Shown here: positions 1-14,037 of the stretch, piece after piece
Numbering within the stretch: position 1 is the first letter of the stretch
Layout of the letters: the number at the start of each line of letters is the position of its first letter
NCBI GenBank assembly: GCA_023231475.1
Contig: JALJEE010002539.1
Span: 1 to 64,000, forward strand
Reading direction: 5' to 3'
From: Seison nebaliae
Taxonomy: Eukaryota
Length of the DNA stretch: 64,000 nt
Notes under the pieces: generated by a model
What the model was told of the DNA's origin: nothing
The model's database searches: none
What the model saw: only the letters and a program-made list of their open reading frames with translations
Translations under genes and position numbers: made by a program

Positions 1-1187
1 ACGGCTAGTCCGTAAAAGTTGCAGAGGAACGTTACCTCTACTAATTCTTCTAAAATTCTTCATTTCTTCCTGTCGTATGTCTAAAACGAAATTTCTCTTT
101 TATTTTTTGGACGCGTCCAAAGCGTTTGATTGGATTTCGGTGGTTCATTGTATAAGTACGTAACTACGTAATTAGGGAATAGATGAGTATTCTCTTGGTT
201 TCATAAGTGAAATTTTCACAAACGCTTATGGTGTTATTAAACATAAATCGATATCTTCGTCATTCTTCAAGATTAATAAAGGAGTTCGACAAGGATCAAT
301 TCTCGCTCCTTGGATTTTTAGAAGAATCATTGATGAAGTTCTTGTAGATGGCAACACTAACTTCTCTTTTAAAGTTGGTAATGAGAATTTTCCATCAGTC
401 TTTGCATATGCGGATGACATTCTTATTTGCTGTAATAACGTGAAACAATGTAAAGAACGAATTGAATTTATTAGTTCCACGAGAAATCGAAAATCTTAAC
501 AGACATTTCTCTTCCTTCCATGGATGGGGATATGAAAAAATTCGTTGAGAAGAACGTAATTTTTTTGGGCATGACAATTGATAATAAGAAGAAGAGTTCA
601 GCGACGACCGTGAAATTAGATGTAAGTTTCTTAGATCTTTTTATTCGTTTCATCATCGTTGCAAATATTTCTCGATTGAATTGAAGATCAACTTATTCTT
701 CACTTACTGTTGCGATTTTTATGGACTAGCCGTTTATTTGTCCAACACTAAAAAGTCCTTGCTATCTCTCGATCGCACATATAATAGAGTAATTAGAATG
801 CTTCTCGGTTGTTGTAAGCCATTTAATAGGGCATTTATGTTTTCTATCTGCGGATTAAAAATCTTTCCTCTTCTCATTGTTCAAAGGTATTTGAAAATAA
901 TTCAGTCTATCGAGGAATCTGATTTATTATTTCCATCTTATTTTCAGTGTAAAAATTTTTTCAATCCGGTTGTCTTTTTTTGCTCTTACTATTCGATTGA
1001 TGTTCCTGAATCTTTCGATGACGCTCTTTACATTTCTTCTAACTTCGATATCACTTCTCATATTCCAGAATATTTAAGAGATGAAATCGTCATTGGAAGA
1101 AAACTTATCACTGATAACATGTACAGTGATCTATCTCATTTTCTTTTTAATAAATTTTATTATTTAAATTAATAAATAAATAAATAA
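1..1187 (+). mobile_element. Degenerate non-LTR retrotransposon (LINE) 3' end: reverse transcriptase remnant plus (TAAA)n tail
   Basis: + strand translation shows RT motifs FLDASKAFD (~104-130), KGVRQGSILAPWIF (~278-319) and FAYADDILI (~401-427). There are in-frame stops and an apparent deletion. ORF 681-1172 is a plausible C-terminal region, followed directly by TAAATAAATAAATAA (1173-1187). The 5' part is cut by the window edge. Confidence 0.85.
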
Positions 1188-1646
1188 GGATTATTAAATT
1201 ATTAAATGTGAATAATTTAACTGTTTGAAGAAGTGAAATATGAGAATGAGATGAGGATAAATTTGACGCGCAAATAAAGAACAAAATGATGAAGGGAAAC
1301 TATTGAAATGTAAATGATATAAAAATATGATGAATTTATTTCGTGTTGTTGATGAGAAATAAGGAATACGTACTATAAATTTTTTATGAATTTAATATTG
1401 ATTAATGAAGTAAAATAATAAAAGTGATTTGAGGAAATGAAGGAGAAGAAACTGATTGTTTTTTCGTCATTTTCTTTTGTCATTTTATGGATGGTTATGA
1501 TTTGGTTATGTGAGAGTTTAAATAATTTCTCTTGGTGAAGTGAAGCTGTCAATTTGATAAGAAGTGGATAGCCAGAATGATTGGAGAGGAATGAGAAACG
1601 ATTAAGATTTTCAAATTTCCCATCTGAAAAATGAGTTTGGGATGAA

Positions 1647-2932
1647 ATGGAAAGAAAGATGAATAGCTTACCAGCCGCATATAATCATCCGATAGTGAGG
1701 AAATGGCAATGTAAATTAGTGAATAATGATTTGAGAGATATGCTCATTTATCCAATATTTCTAGTGTTCTCCTTCTTTTTCATTTTATCATTTCTATCCT
1801 TCTCTTCTAGTGAGGATGATAAAGCGAAACAGGAGATTAATGGAATGATAAATCAGTATCGTTTCGGACGAGATACAGTTATTCCATATCTCAATAATTT
1901 GATAGGAAAAGGATTGAAAAGTATCATTCTTTTTCCCGTTGTGTCACATGAAAATAAAGTTCCTTTTCCCATTTACCATTTTTCCATTTTCTTCCGTTAG
2001 TGCGATGGATTAGATATAGTGAAAACATGTGAGAAATTCTGTAAGAACATCTCTCACATTCGTCAACATTTTCCTGATCTGCTTGTCATCGTCGACGTTT
2101 GTCTCTGTGCTTACACCCACCACGGTCATTGTGCTAGTTCCATTTTGCTTTTATCCTCTTCCCAAACAAACTTAAAAAATCTTTTCTTAAATCTTTTAGT
2201 CTTGGAAGCAAACAGTGAAATCGATTATAAGTTAACGTTGATGATATTAAGTGAGTTGACCGAGTATTATGTGTTGGCTGGAGCGCAGGTATTGGCACCG
2301 TCTGGTATGATAGACGGAACGGTAAGAACGATGAAGAATCGATTGAAGAAAATGAATCAAAATAATCGAATTCCAATTCTGACATATTGCAGTAAATTCT
2401 CATCTAAATTCTACGGTCCGTTCCGGTTACTAAATTTCATTGTCCTCTTTGTCGATCTATTTTGAATATTGATAGGAATGCGGCTAATTCAGCTCCAGCA
2501 TTTGGAGATCGTTCCACTTATCAATTACCGTATGGCAGTCGAGAATTGGCTATTCGATCAACTGTTAATTTTATGACTTGAAATTCTAATTAAATTATCA
2601 ACAGAGACGAGATGTGGAAGCTGGTGCTGACATGATCATGGTGAAACCGGCTTCACACTATCTGGATGTTGTGATGAATATGAAACAACAATTTCCGGAA
2701 TATCCTCTCGCTGTGTATCAAGTAAGTGGAGAATACAGCATGATATGTACAGCCGTGGAGAATGGAATCATCGAACTTGACGATGCACTCGACGAATTGT
2801 TCACTTCGTTCAAACGAGCAGGTTATTCCTTAACACATCATTCTCTCCTCAACTCTTTTCCCGTCAGGTGCTGATATCATCATTACCTACTTTGTACCCT
2901 ATCTACTGGAACGGAATTATCAAACGAAATGA
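1647..2932 (+). CDS. ALAD: Delta-aminolevulinic acid dehydratase (porphobilinogen synthase), 7 exons
   Basis: Motifs LIYPIFL, Zn-binding DVCLCAYTHHGHC, KFSSKFYGPFR, GDRSTYQLP, GADMIMVKPA, AVYQVSGEY, RAGADIIITYF. Introns 1766-1810, 1959-2000, 2137-2199, 2426-2475, 2564-2604 and 2822-2867 restore the frame; stop TGA 2930-2932. The start could be 1659. Confidence 0.96.
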
Positions 2933-3484
2933 AATTTAAAAAAAACGATTCGGATTCTCCCATCATCAAAACCGTTTTATTAATAAATTCCATGTTCAGA
3001 TCTTCTTTTGATGTTTTAATCTCTCTTCATCTTCGTCTCATTTCCAAGTTGAACAGTAAAATAAAACTAACGAATACCATGCCTTGTGGCATTCTTATTT
3101 TTTTCTCTAATAATCTCTAATAAACTTTAAAACTTTCTCGAAAAGTGAACAATTTTAATTTGGTAAATTAATTTCAAATTTATTTTATTACACTGACAAT
3201 GAATTAAAGATTAAGATGTTGAGAATATGAAGTTGGAATTTGAGGAAATGAAATGATAGAATTTCCATTCTGAAGAGTTATCGTGCATCAAATAAAATAT
3301 TACGTGCTTCTTTCCTATTTGGTGAAAACGAAGAGATTAAGTAGATTCTATTATAAATAATTTCACGGGAATAATTCTAGTTCGGTTGGTGACATTAGAA
3401 TTGTAATAGAAGATTAATTAATTTTCTTCCAACACCCAATCGCTATACTTTTAGTTTATTCACGAAACTCTTTGAACAAGACCA

Positions 3485-3532
3485 CATCATCTTCATCTTC
3501 ATCTTCATCATCGTCGTCGTCGTCGTCGTCAT
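3485..3532. repeat. Compound microsatellite (TCTTCA)n/(TCG)n
   Basis: Directly visible simple repeat. Confidence 0.8.
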
Positions 3533-4659
3533 TAACCTGTACTTAGTATCTCAATTTCCTATTCCTTCCTTAATCCGAAATTGGATACCTTTCAACTTCC
3601 TTTTATGATGCAAGTTAATAAAACAGAAATATTTCAATCAGCAACTCCATCATCTTCTCGAAGTGAGAGGCGATAGGCAAACTTTGGAAAGTGGCAGAAT
3701 GTCATTAGTTATTTAGTATCGACGCTATTAGGTTCGAGATGACGAGTTGATGGAAATAATATCTCTAATTCTTACCTAATTTCTGCTCCAAATTATAGGG
3801 ATGAATAAGAGTTCGATGTCGATAGTGATGGATGTTGTTGGTTACACAGGTCTGCACATCGACTACGTAGAGAATGGGAAGCGGTTTATAAACAGTCCAC
3901 TGCGCCAATAAACATTTCCATCTTATTTATAACACATCACTTTTGAGCATTCACTCCACTCATAGTTCGCAAATTGAGGAAAGAAAAAAACGTATAATTG
4001 ATTTTTTTCTACATCCTTTCTCTTCTTGCAAACAAAAATCGATATATCCCATTCCGTCGTCAAGTAGATTCATTCAACTACCTTATTCGAATGGCGATAC
4101 GCGAAATGAAATGTCAATTCCAAATGTTCTACCTTTCTCCTAATAATCTTTCTTTTCTTTCCATCCATTTCTCTCACATGTATTCATCACACCGATTCGG
4201 GAGATGTTCATCAATTCCAAATCTTCTTCTTTTTCCCTCTTTTATTATACAATTTTCTGATTATCTTCTTATTCCATCATATATGCAATTCATATTATGA
4301 GGTGAAACTGAAAATATTTACAAATGTTATTTTGTATCTTTTCTTCAGAGAAGTTGCGTAGGCCCATTATATTGATTGTTTCGATTGTTAGAGAATGAAT
4401 TGTTCTAATTCGTAAAATATTCGCTATCAATATTTTGGTTCTAAGCTACATCTCATTCACCAATTGTCATCAAATTGAACTTCATATGTCCAACTGAATG
4501 AATTCATGAATAAATTTCTCCTGAATTTATCATCTCATTATCACTAATTTATCATTTATTTCTCATGTAAATGTGACAATAAATTCTCATCACAAATCTC
4601 AACTTGAGCGTTAGATTCTCTTATAATAATCATTCGTACAAAAATGGCAATTGTTTAAA

Positions 4660-6891
4660 TTAGTTCGTTAAATAAAAACATGTGAAAATTGGGAGAATAA
4701 TTGAGCAGAAAAAATATGTCAATTTCTTCGAGTCGTTCAATAATTCCAACTTACGACTAATGGCATCGTAATTGAAATCGGGATTGGAAAGTTGTTCGCT
4801 TTTGGAAAATGCTTCATGCCTGTCACAATAACCGTTCAAAATCGGTTTCGCCGGAATTCCTCTCCTAGAGAGAAGAAAAATTAATTTATGTTATTTAATT
4901 TCCGATTCATTCAAAGGATTTATTTCAAAAAAATTTATAAATTTCTGTTAAAATAATCAAGAATTAACCTTAATAAACGACATCTCATTTCATCGAGACG
5001 ATACATGGCATTCGTTTCATCTTGAACGCTTTTTGGAGCCCACAATCTCTCCGATACACTTGAAGCGATTGGCCATGTAAATGACAGTTCGTTACTTCCG
5101 TCGATATATTCCGACCATAAACTTAATTGCCCACCTCTACAATAAATGGATCATAAACAAATGTTAACATTCAATCAGATCAATCAAGAAACAATAATGG
5201 ATAATTCTCGTCATTGAAATTCATATTCTCTCCATTATAAAACTTCTTCCATGATTGACCATATTCTACATGATCTACGTAAAATGCGGAAGAAAAAATG
5301 ATATCGTATCCTTCGTCGATCAATTCTTTGACATTCTCAATTGCATTTTCAGAACCCCAATAATTGACGATAGCAGATTTGGGAACAATATTTTTCACTT
5401 CAGGACCATCACCCCAAAAAATTACTTTTCTTTTAAATTTCTCTGCTATTTCCGTGAGATTTTTGGCGTATTGTGCGAGTAACTGATATAAACTCAAATT
5501 ATTCTTTTCCCGATAACTTGTAATTTGAGGGTTTGACTTCCTAAGTGGAAAGTGATTGATGAGAGAAATAAAATTGATGAATAACCAGCATCGAAGATAT
5601 GCCTCGTCCATACCTAAATGGATATAGGGAGTTGGGAAGAGTTGGGAGATATCTCGAATCAAATTCTCCATCACTTCGTAAGATTTCGGTACGATTGGAT
5701 TCAATGTTTCAGCTTTCCCGAACTTATCGTATATCGCCTTATTTTGACCGTTTTCATCGAAACATTTTGTCAAGATTTCTGGAAATAATTTCCCAATGGC
5801 ATCGAAATGACCAGGTGATTCGATCTCGGGAATGATTTCTATTCCACGAAGACGAGCAAATGCCACAAGATCAATAATATCTTGTTTCGTATATCGATGA
5901 TCAGGAGTATATGCTGCACTTTGATGATCTTTCAATGATGGTAGTTCTATGGGAATTGATTGATCGTCAGTTAAGTGCCAATGGAATTTATTGAATTTAT
6001 TATATTGCAATGTATCCTGAATTGGAGAATATGAAAAACATTTATTACTTATTTCTATAATTAATTATTTATAACCATTTCTTTCTTGATTAATGACATT
6101 GGTTTAAAATGTCGAACGGAATCATATAAAACACCACGATATGCATATCGTGGCTTATCTGCGATATCTATTCTGGTTTTAATAAGCAACTAATAATTAG
6201 AGAATAATTAGAGGATAATTTGGTGATAATTAATTAATTTGATAGAATTAACATGATTCAAATCATAATAAATTAATTGAGAGAAGGTCTCCAATCCTCT
6301 CAAGCAACCCCAGACATGTTTGCATCTTAATTCTGACCGAAATCCAATATTTAAGGTATCTATCGAAACAAAAGATTAAATCGAAGAAATTTCCGGAAAA
6401 TTAACATGCTTCCGTTACCGTATCGATTATATGAACATTTGTTGGACAATCGTCACTATCAATTACAATGAGTAATTTATTCAATTTCTTTAATGTCGTA
6501 TCTTTCTCTACTTTCTATTTTTTAAAGAGATTTAACGATTTGCCAATATTTAAAATGAACATCATTATTATTCCAATGTAAAGGTGAGAAAATGATCTTC
6601 TTATATCGTTCAACACCTTCCCTCATTATGTCACAGACGTTTGTCTTCTTGAAAAATTCGAAATCGAAATCCTTTTCCACTATCACCAATCGAGGTGCAT
6701 TCGCCTCACCTGTAAATGAATATGGTTTCGGCCATGGTTGTCCTGGCAGAAGTTCTTCACCCTATCGTCAGGTTTCGATGATTATTTAAATATTTAGTGA
6801 GGTAAACTTTTAGAGGTAAACGGACAGCGATCGGTCGCAGATGGCAAACGATAGTGGAGATTAAGGGAAACCAAATGAGAAGAAATTTCAT
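4660..6891 (-). CDS. Beta-hexosaminidase (GH20), 8 exons
   Basis: Signal peptide MKFLLIWFPLISTIVC. Motifs PWPKP, VWGCLRGLETFSQL, PRYAYRGVLYDSVRHF, NKFHWHLTDDQS, PEIESPGH, catalytic HLGMDE, GGQLSLWSEYID, SERLW, RCRLLRRGIPAKPI. Seven GT-AG introns restore the frame. Confidence 0.93.
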
Positions 6892-7858
6892 TGTTGTTCT
6901 CTGACGATTAAATGTTATCTAATTTTTCGTTAACTAACTCCAGAACTTAAGTAATGTCAACAAAAGAAAGTAAATAAATTTATCATCATGAATAATTATA
7001 AAAGTTCATTTTAAACTTAATTTCCTATTATTCCTCTTACACAACATAAAATCACAATCAATAAATCAATTGGGAAAAGAATGATTAACAAGAAATTTGA
7101 CGATTCATTCTAATCCCTTAAAATCTGCTGATTTTCTATAAAATAGTTTGGTTCTGCCAATAATCTGGTTTCAAAGTAAATTTCTGAATCTAATTTTCTG
7201 ATCCGCTAAATTTATATGAATATAAATTTAATCTTGAAATTCATAACTTATCAGATAATTATCGGAGATTTTTTTGCGATATATTTATAACGACCGGAGT
7301 TCAATTAGATAATAGGAATCTTCCAAACAATTCAGTTTTTTGATTTAAATGAAAATATTCTTTTTAATTTTTTTCTTTCACTCCACATCACAATATTTCT
7401 GATATTAATCGAATTGCACAGTTTGGAAACAACCAATCAAGAACTTCTGAGCAAGTTCTAGAAGTTCTTGATCAATGACAGTTATCTTTGAAAGTTTTGC
7501 ATCGAAACATTTATTTTAAAATTTAGTCATAGTATAGTATGAAATTTTTATAAATTTTAATAAATTTGAGAAGAAGATTGGAAAATAGTCATAGAAAATG
7601 TTTATAGTTCAAATCTTTCTATTGTTTTTACAATCGTTTCTTTAAAATGTTAGATATAGATTAAACGAAGAATCATGAACTGTTTGTGAGATTGAAGTCA
7701 TTCGATGATAATTGAGAGAAGTGAAGAATATTTGAATTATTCTTCTCATTCAAATCTTTAGCGACAATATCAGATATTGGTCATATGTCTTCTATAGCAA
7801 TTCATTTCCCTATACATACATACATCAAATAGAGAAATTGAATTAACTTTATTGAACA

Positions 7859-9493
7859 ATGCCCAACGAATATTGGTTGATCAGTGTCCCCGGATTGGAG
7901 AATGGGGAACGATTACCTGTATTGGAGAAAGTGAAAGGTCAAATGTCAGCGAATGCGTTAGTGAAAGAATTCGTCATTCCAAGTCCGAAAGTTTTTCTTC
8001 TGTCAATTTGAATTGTCATCAATTTGAATGTAGGTTGGCACGCTCGATGCATTAGTCGGTCATTCTGATGAATTAGTACGATTAGATTCATTCATCGATA
8101 AGTTTATTTCTATTTTTACACATCATCATTTATCTCAATAATTTTATTTAATTCTTTAAAGTTTATGTCATTCTATCTCCAACTCTCTCACCGACGTTCT
8201 CGAAATAACGACGAAAGAAGAAATGGAAGAGAATTTATTAGCTGCTGGAAATTCACTTTCCTCTTATGTCACTAAATTCACATGGAGCGCTTCCAAATAC
8301 GGTGTCCGTAACGCTATCAAAACAATGATAAATACAATTCATTTGGTTTTTAATATTCTTCTAATCGATTTTGATGGAAATTCTTTTCATTCATTTCTAT
8401 TTCGTGCATTAGCAATGCAGTCAAATTGAAGCTGATTTCAAAACGAGAATTCAACAATATAATTCATTGAGACAAGAACGTCTCGCAATTGAGAGGAAAC
8501 AGACGTTCAACTTTATTTTTTATTTCCATCACAATTTCCATTCATGTCGATAACAGCGGGACGTTAGTGGGAAGGAGTTTGAATGAAATTGTAAAGAAGG
8601 AAGATTTCGTACTCGGTTACGATTATTTAAAGACAGTTCTGGTGATTGTGCCCAAGTTAATTTTGAAGAGAAATGAAAATTTCAATTTTTCTTTAGAATT
8701 TCCGAAAAGGAATTTCTGGAGCAATATGAACATCTGGGCGAGATGGATCAAGTCGTTCCGCGAACCGCCAAACATTTGTACAACGATCAAGAGAATTCTT
8801 TATTTGCCGTCATCGTCTTCAATATCGGACATGACGATAAGAATAGTGTAACGAATTTCAAACGAGCTTGTCGAGAAAAGAAGTTGATATATATTTATAG
8901 AAAATATTTATTTATTCTTTCTCAAGATATATGATTCGAGAATATGAGTTTAATGAGAAATCACATTTAGAAGATTTGAATCGGAAATCCAAATTAGAAA
9001 ATGACATTTCAAAAGCACATGTTACATTGTATTTTTTTCATTAATCTCAAATTAGTTTTTCAGGGTCCATTAATTCGTTTCTTAAAAATGAGTTTTAGCG
9101 AATCCTTCATCAGTTGGATGCATATCAAAGCATTAAGACTATTCGTCGAATCAGTACTCAGGTTTTAATTTCAAAAATAATTTTTTTTAATTTTTTTATT
9201 TTTCAGATTTGGATTACCCGAAAATTTCGTTACTATGGTAATCGTACCAGTGAAGAATAAGAATAAGAAATGTTTAGATGTATTGAACCAATTGTTCGGT
9301 AATATCAATACTCTGCCTCATCAAACGTCAACGAATAAAGATTCGGATGTTAATTTTCATTTTCATCCACATTTTTTATTTTATATTTCAGATGATGAAA
9401 TCACTTCCCGGTTTAATGGGAAATTTGACGACGGAAGACTATTATCCGTTCATCTATCTACCACTAACGTTGGAGTACGTTCGATTGAAATAA
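7859..9493 (+). CDS. ATP6V1C1: V-type proton ATPase subunit C, 10 exons
   Basis: [88 protein letters not shown]. Nine introns with donors at 7991, 8102, 8346, 8505, 8656, 8883, 9021, 9162 and 9349. Confidence 0.95.
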
Positions 9494-9906
9494 TAATCGA
9501 AAATTTTCTGCAACTTCATTTCGTTTCCATCTAGTCAGTTTCATCGAAATTTCAAAAAAGAAAAATAATTTCAATTCAAAATAATTTTAATATTTATTTG
9601 TTATCGTCTTATTTATTCATTTGATTCTCTTCTATTTATTTATTGTTTGAAATAAATTCAAATTTAATCATAAAATCTTTAATTGATCGATATGGTAATG
9701 ACGGTTTGAAAAACGTATTTTCCATTTAATAATTTCGATTGATTAAGCTTAAATTTTAATTTAAGCAAAACTGACGATAATTCTATTAAGTGCAAATAAT
9801 TAGAAAATTTTCAACATCTGTCGTTAGGGAGATGAGACGGTAAGAGAATCATCACTTATGAAGTGAAAAATTTTCAGTTGAATTTTCGATTTGACTTTTT
9901 TTGACG

Positions 9907-12535
9907 ATGGATGATATATGGGATCATGAGTTGAAATTGGATGATCCGGTTAGTGACTTACATTGAGGACAGAAGAGGAATTATTTCTTGTTTAGAGTCA
10001 ATCATCAGACAAAATTTCATCGGCGGAACTGGACGACGTACGAGTGAGTGAATCAATGATCAATAATTCGCCCACAGTTAATTGATCAAATTGAAGTTGA
10101 TTAGTATATGGATGAATTTCTAGGAATTATTGAATGAGAATGAACGTTTGAAACGAAGTTTGAAGGAGAAAGAGAAGGAGATTCGTCGCATGGAAAAGAA
10201 GATTTCCAATGAGAAAACCGTTCAAGGTTCATCATCTTTCCATTTCTTCATATTCATTGTAAATAATACAATGTTTCAAAGACGTCTTACGACATAATGG
10301 CGAAAGTACGATAGCAAGTGATATTGCTGCGACGAAAATAATTTCGTTATCGAAACAAATTCGAACTTTGGAATGTCAATTGACACGTCTCAAAACGGAC
10401 AATATCGAATTGAAGAATCAAATTAATAACATTTCCAGTGGACAGCGACAACCGAATAATCAGGAAATGAAAGATAAACTTGACGTTTTTTTAAGCTTTG
10501 TTGAGAAAAGGAATGAATAGAGATTTTTAGGATTTGATGAAAGAACTTTCCGATTTCAAAACGAGAATGAAAGAGAAAACTACGAAAATTGCAGAATTGA
10601 AATTGCAGAATGAAACACTGAAACAGGAGTGCATCAAATGGAAGAAGATAATCGAACGAGAAATCGGCGTGAAGGAAATGAAGGTGGTGGATTTGTTACG
10701 AGCTGATAGTAATTGGCGTGGTCGCCAACAACAAATAATTCTACTTCAAAATAAAGTTCAATTTTTGTTATAATGGAAATAAATATATAATTGTTATATG
10801 AAAATGTTATAATTTGGAAATTAAGTGCAACGAATATGAAGTGAAATTGAACTCGTTATATTCACAAATCACTGACAACAGCGATCGAACGGCGTCATCC
10901 TTCTGGAAAGGAACACCATTATCAGCTCCAATAACTTTAGGGCAACATCGAGATAACAGTCTACCCAATAACATGTCGTCGTCTCAAAGTGATGATCGAA
11001 CAATGAATGACCAATCGGCAATGGACGTCCAATATGAAGAGATTGGATCGTTGCCTAATTCAGGATTATCATCTGAAACATCTTCCGCTCGACAATCTCG
11101 AATCAATCTACCTACTCTCAGTTTGAATCGAATGAGCAAAATCTCATCAACTACCACGAACCGATTAGGTCAATCGATGATGATCGGCAATTCTCCTCAA
11201 AATCTCAACAACCAAAACAATAACAGTTATGTTTCTAGCGCTTGTTCTCCTCAACAACAACAACAATTACATCATCATCAAAAACATGTGGAATATATAA
11301 AGCGAATGGAAAAAGAGAAAAAGGAACAGATCAATGTTTGAATTTTAATTCGATTTTTATATTTCTCATTTCATATTTCCTTCGCAGAAAGCGCTAGAAG
11401 AAAGACAACAATTGTTGGAAGAGAATAAGAAACTACAACAGCGCATCGATAAAATGAGAGTTCAATTGAAGACGGTGAATACTAAGAATGAGAAAATCCG
11501 GTCTGATATGGAGAAGATGATCGAGAAGGATCGTCGTGATAATGAATTCATCGAATCTTTATTAGTTAATTATTTTCATTCATTATCTCATGACAGTCTC
11601 CTCTATATTAGGGAAGAAATAAATTATTGCAAGAGAATCTCCAAGAACAAACCAAATCAGTAATGGAAGGTGAAGATTTGTTAAAGATGAAGAACGAACA
11701 GGAAATGGCATGGAAAATGCGAGAGGAGAATATTCGACAACAGTATGAAAAGATTTTGAAGGACAAACAAACAGAAATTGATAGTTTGCGCTCGAAAGTT
11801 GATTCGGACTCGTTGAATGGAAGTGCGAGATCGAGAAAGAATTCCCAACGATTATCACGAAGTGGTGACGAGGACGATGATGATATTCCCATTCCAAATA
11901 TCATTCGACGATTTGATCAGACTCAAATCAAAAAAACATTATCGATGGACATCAACTATGCTCGACCGAAAACAGCAGTCGATCAACTTCATATTAAGCA
12001 GAACTTCCAAAGAAGTCCATCGAATGGAATCAATGCCAACAACATAATGTTAGTAAATAAATTAAGAGAAATTATTTAATATGTTTATCATAATAGAAAT
12101 CAGTTGGAATTATATAAATTGCAACGTGAAAATGAAACATTGAAATCGGAGAAGCAAGCACTTGAAGGCTTCATCACTCTCAAATCGAAAAGGAACGATG
12201 AATTATACGAACGTCTCAACGACGACGAACAAATGGAATTATGTCTCCATCTTCAGAAACGAGTGACAGAATTAGAGAATAAATTGGAGAAGAAAACCGA
12301 ACGGAAAACGAGTGGGAAGAAACGAGAAGGAACTAATGATTCTTTAACATTCACTTCTGATGATTTGACGGATAACATTTACAAGAATGAAATGGAGAAG
12401 TATAAGAACGAGTGTAGAGAATTGCAGTTACATCGAAATGAGGATCATCAACATTTCTCAGTTATTATCTCCAATCTGAAACGCATCTATCTGAAATCGA
12501 TTCACGAGTTGAAAACGAGGTATGGCGGTAAATAA
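9907..12535 (+). CDS. CCDC13: Coiled-coil domain-containing protein 13-like (centriolar satellite/cilia), ~9 exons
   Basis: SDIAATKIISLSKQIR and SNWRGRQQQIILLQNK resemble CCDC13 conserved blocks; DRRDNEFIESL; long heptad regions. Eight short GT-AG introns join the ORF fragments. Confidence 0.72.
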
Positions 12536-12855
12536 AATATCTCGAATGATTCCTTATTAATTAAATTAACGAATTAAATTTGAATTGAAATATCGAAATA
12601 AAAATAAAGTTTCTCTTAAATTGTTCGAATGAAAATGGACTTAATGAATAAAATGAATAGGAAGAAAACATTAAATTTTGTTGTGTTTGAAAATTTTAAC
12701 ATAAAATCTCTGTTTTAGAACTGAGATAAAACTATAAAATTTATTCGAATCGGTCAACATCTTGGAAGAAACATTAAAACCATTAGACACAACTGCTGGA
12801 AAGTTTCAGTATAAAAATATCAGAATGATCCGAAAGATTATCACTCAATTTGAAA

Positions 12856-14037
12856 ATGTATTTCTCTTTCATCCTTTTTGTCAACATTATTCTCTTCCCA
12901 ACTTTCTTCGGATATGGAGGAAATATTTGGGGTCATTCCACCACTATGGCTCCTATCACTGAACATCGAACGTCGACAAATTGGTGGGGAACAACCAAAA
13001 CTTGGGTTTTTATTTTTAGAATTCATTGAAATTCTAATTTGTTTCTTTCAATTATTTCCAATCGATTTTGAAGACCGTAACACAAGTGACATTTTTTAGA
13101 TTGTTTTTTATAATAGTCATCCTGATAACAGAAACCATGGACACACAAACCGTGGACACACAAACCTTGGACACATAGGCCGAATACGGAACCTGCTTGG
13201 ACAGATGATGATGTTTCTATTAAATTTCTTAATTTCACAACTATCATCTACCAACCTCGATTTCCTCAATGTATTGATGAATATTCTCAAAATTCTTCGA
13301 ACTCGAGAAATGGAATTGGTATTTGATGGGACTTGTGAATAGAGAATTGTGAATTAATCTAATTTTTCTCAATAATTTTTCAGATAATTTATGAAACAAC
13401 CGATTTTGTCTGGCCCATTACCACGTCTACTGTTCAAGTTAAACATTTTTCATTGAAGAAATAAGATCAAAATTTTTATTCTGTTAAGTACGCTCATACG
13501 GATGATTATCCTATTCACTCAACTACTGATGATGTGAACTGGACAGATTATCCATTCACTAATCAACCAGAAACAACTGACGATTATACGTGGTCGACTG
13601 GTTTCACTCACACTTGGTATCCCCAGACTGAAATTATGCCAACGCAACATTGGACTGATGAACCAGAAACAACTGACGATTATACGTGGTCGACTGGTTT
13701 CACTCACACTTGGTATCCTCATACTGAAATTTTGCCAACTCTGCATTGGACGGATAAACCAGAAACGACTGACGATTATACGTGGTCGACTGGTTTCACT
13801 CACTCTTGGTCTCCTCAAACACCACAAACAACTACTGATCATCATAGTTGGACTGATTATCCAGAGCCACACACTACCGATGACTATGAATATACATTCG
13901 GCACAACAGACGATCATCCAAGTTGGACAAGTCAATATCATATTACTGATGGTCCGTACACCGACAATCCATTCACTACGGAGACTATGGCCACAGATGA
14001 TATGTGGACACTAGGAACTACAACAATTGGCTATTAG
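12856..14037 (+). CDS. Secreted Thr/Trp/His/Asp/Pro-rich tandem-repeat protein of unknown function
   Basis: ATG at 12856 with a hydrophobic leader (MYFSFILFVNIILFPTFFG). Phase-0 introns at ~13006-13131, ~13213-13383 and ~13438-13488. The exons encode (KPWTH)x3 and 32-aa repeats PETTDDYTWSTGFTHTWYPxTEIxPTxHWTDx; stop TAG at 14035-14037. Confidence 0.75.
13565..13809 (+). repeat. Coding minisatellite, 96-bp unit, ~2.5 copies
   Basis: AACCAGAAAC(A/G)ACTGACGATTATACGTGGTCGACTGGTTTCACTCAC recurs at 13565, 13661 and 13757. Confidence 0.95.

Noticed and set aside
2295..2320. ALAD PSGMIDG instead of PSDMMDG as a sign of inactivation
   Set aside because: The catalytic lysines and Zn-binding cysteines are intact, and this position varies among active ALADs.
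3600..4500. Possible gene between ALAD and the hexosaminidase (ORFs 3943-4143 and 3998-4300)
   Set aside because: No recognisable motif or consistent exon chain on either strand.
13565..13809. CRISPR-like repeat-spacer array
   Set aside because: The 'spacers' are homologous to each other and the 96-bp unit is an in-frame coding repeat in a eukaryotic gene; no cas genes.
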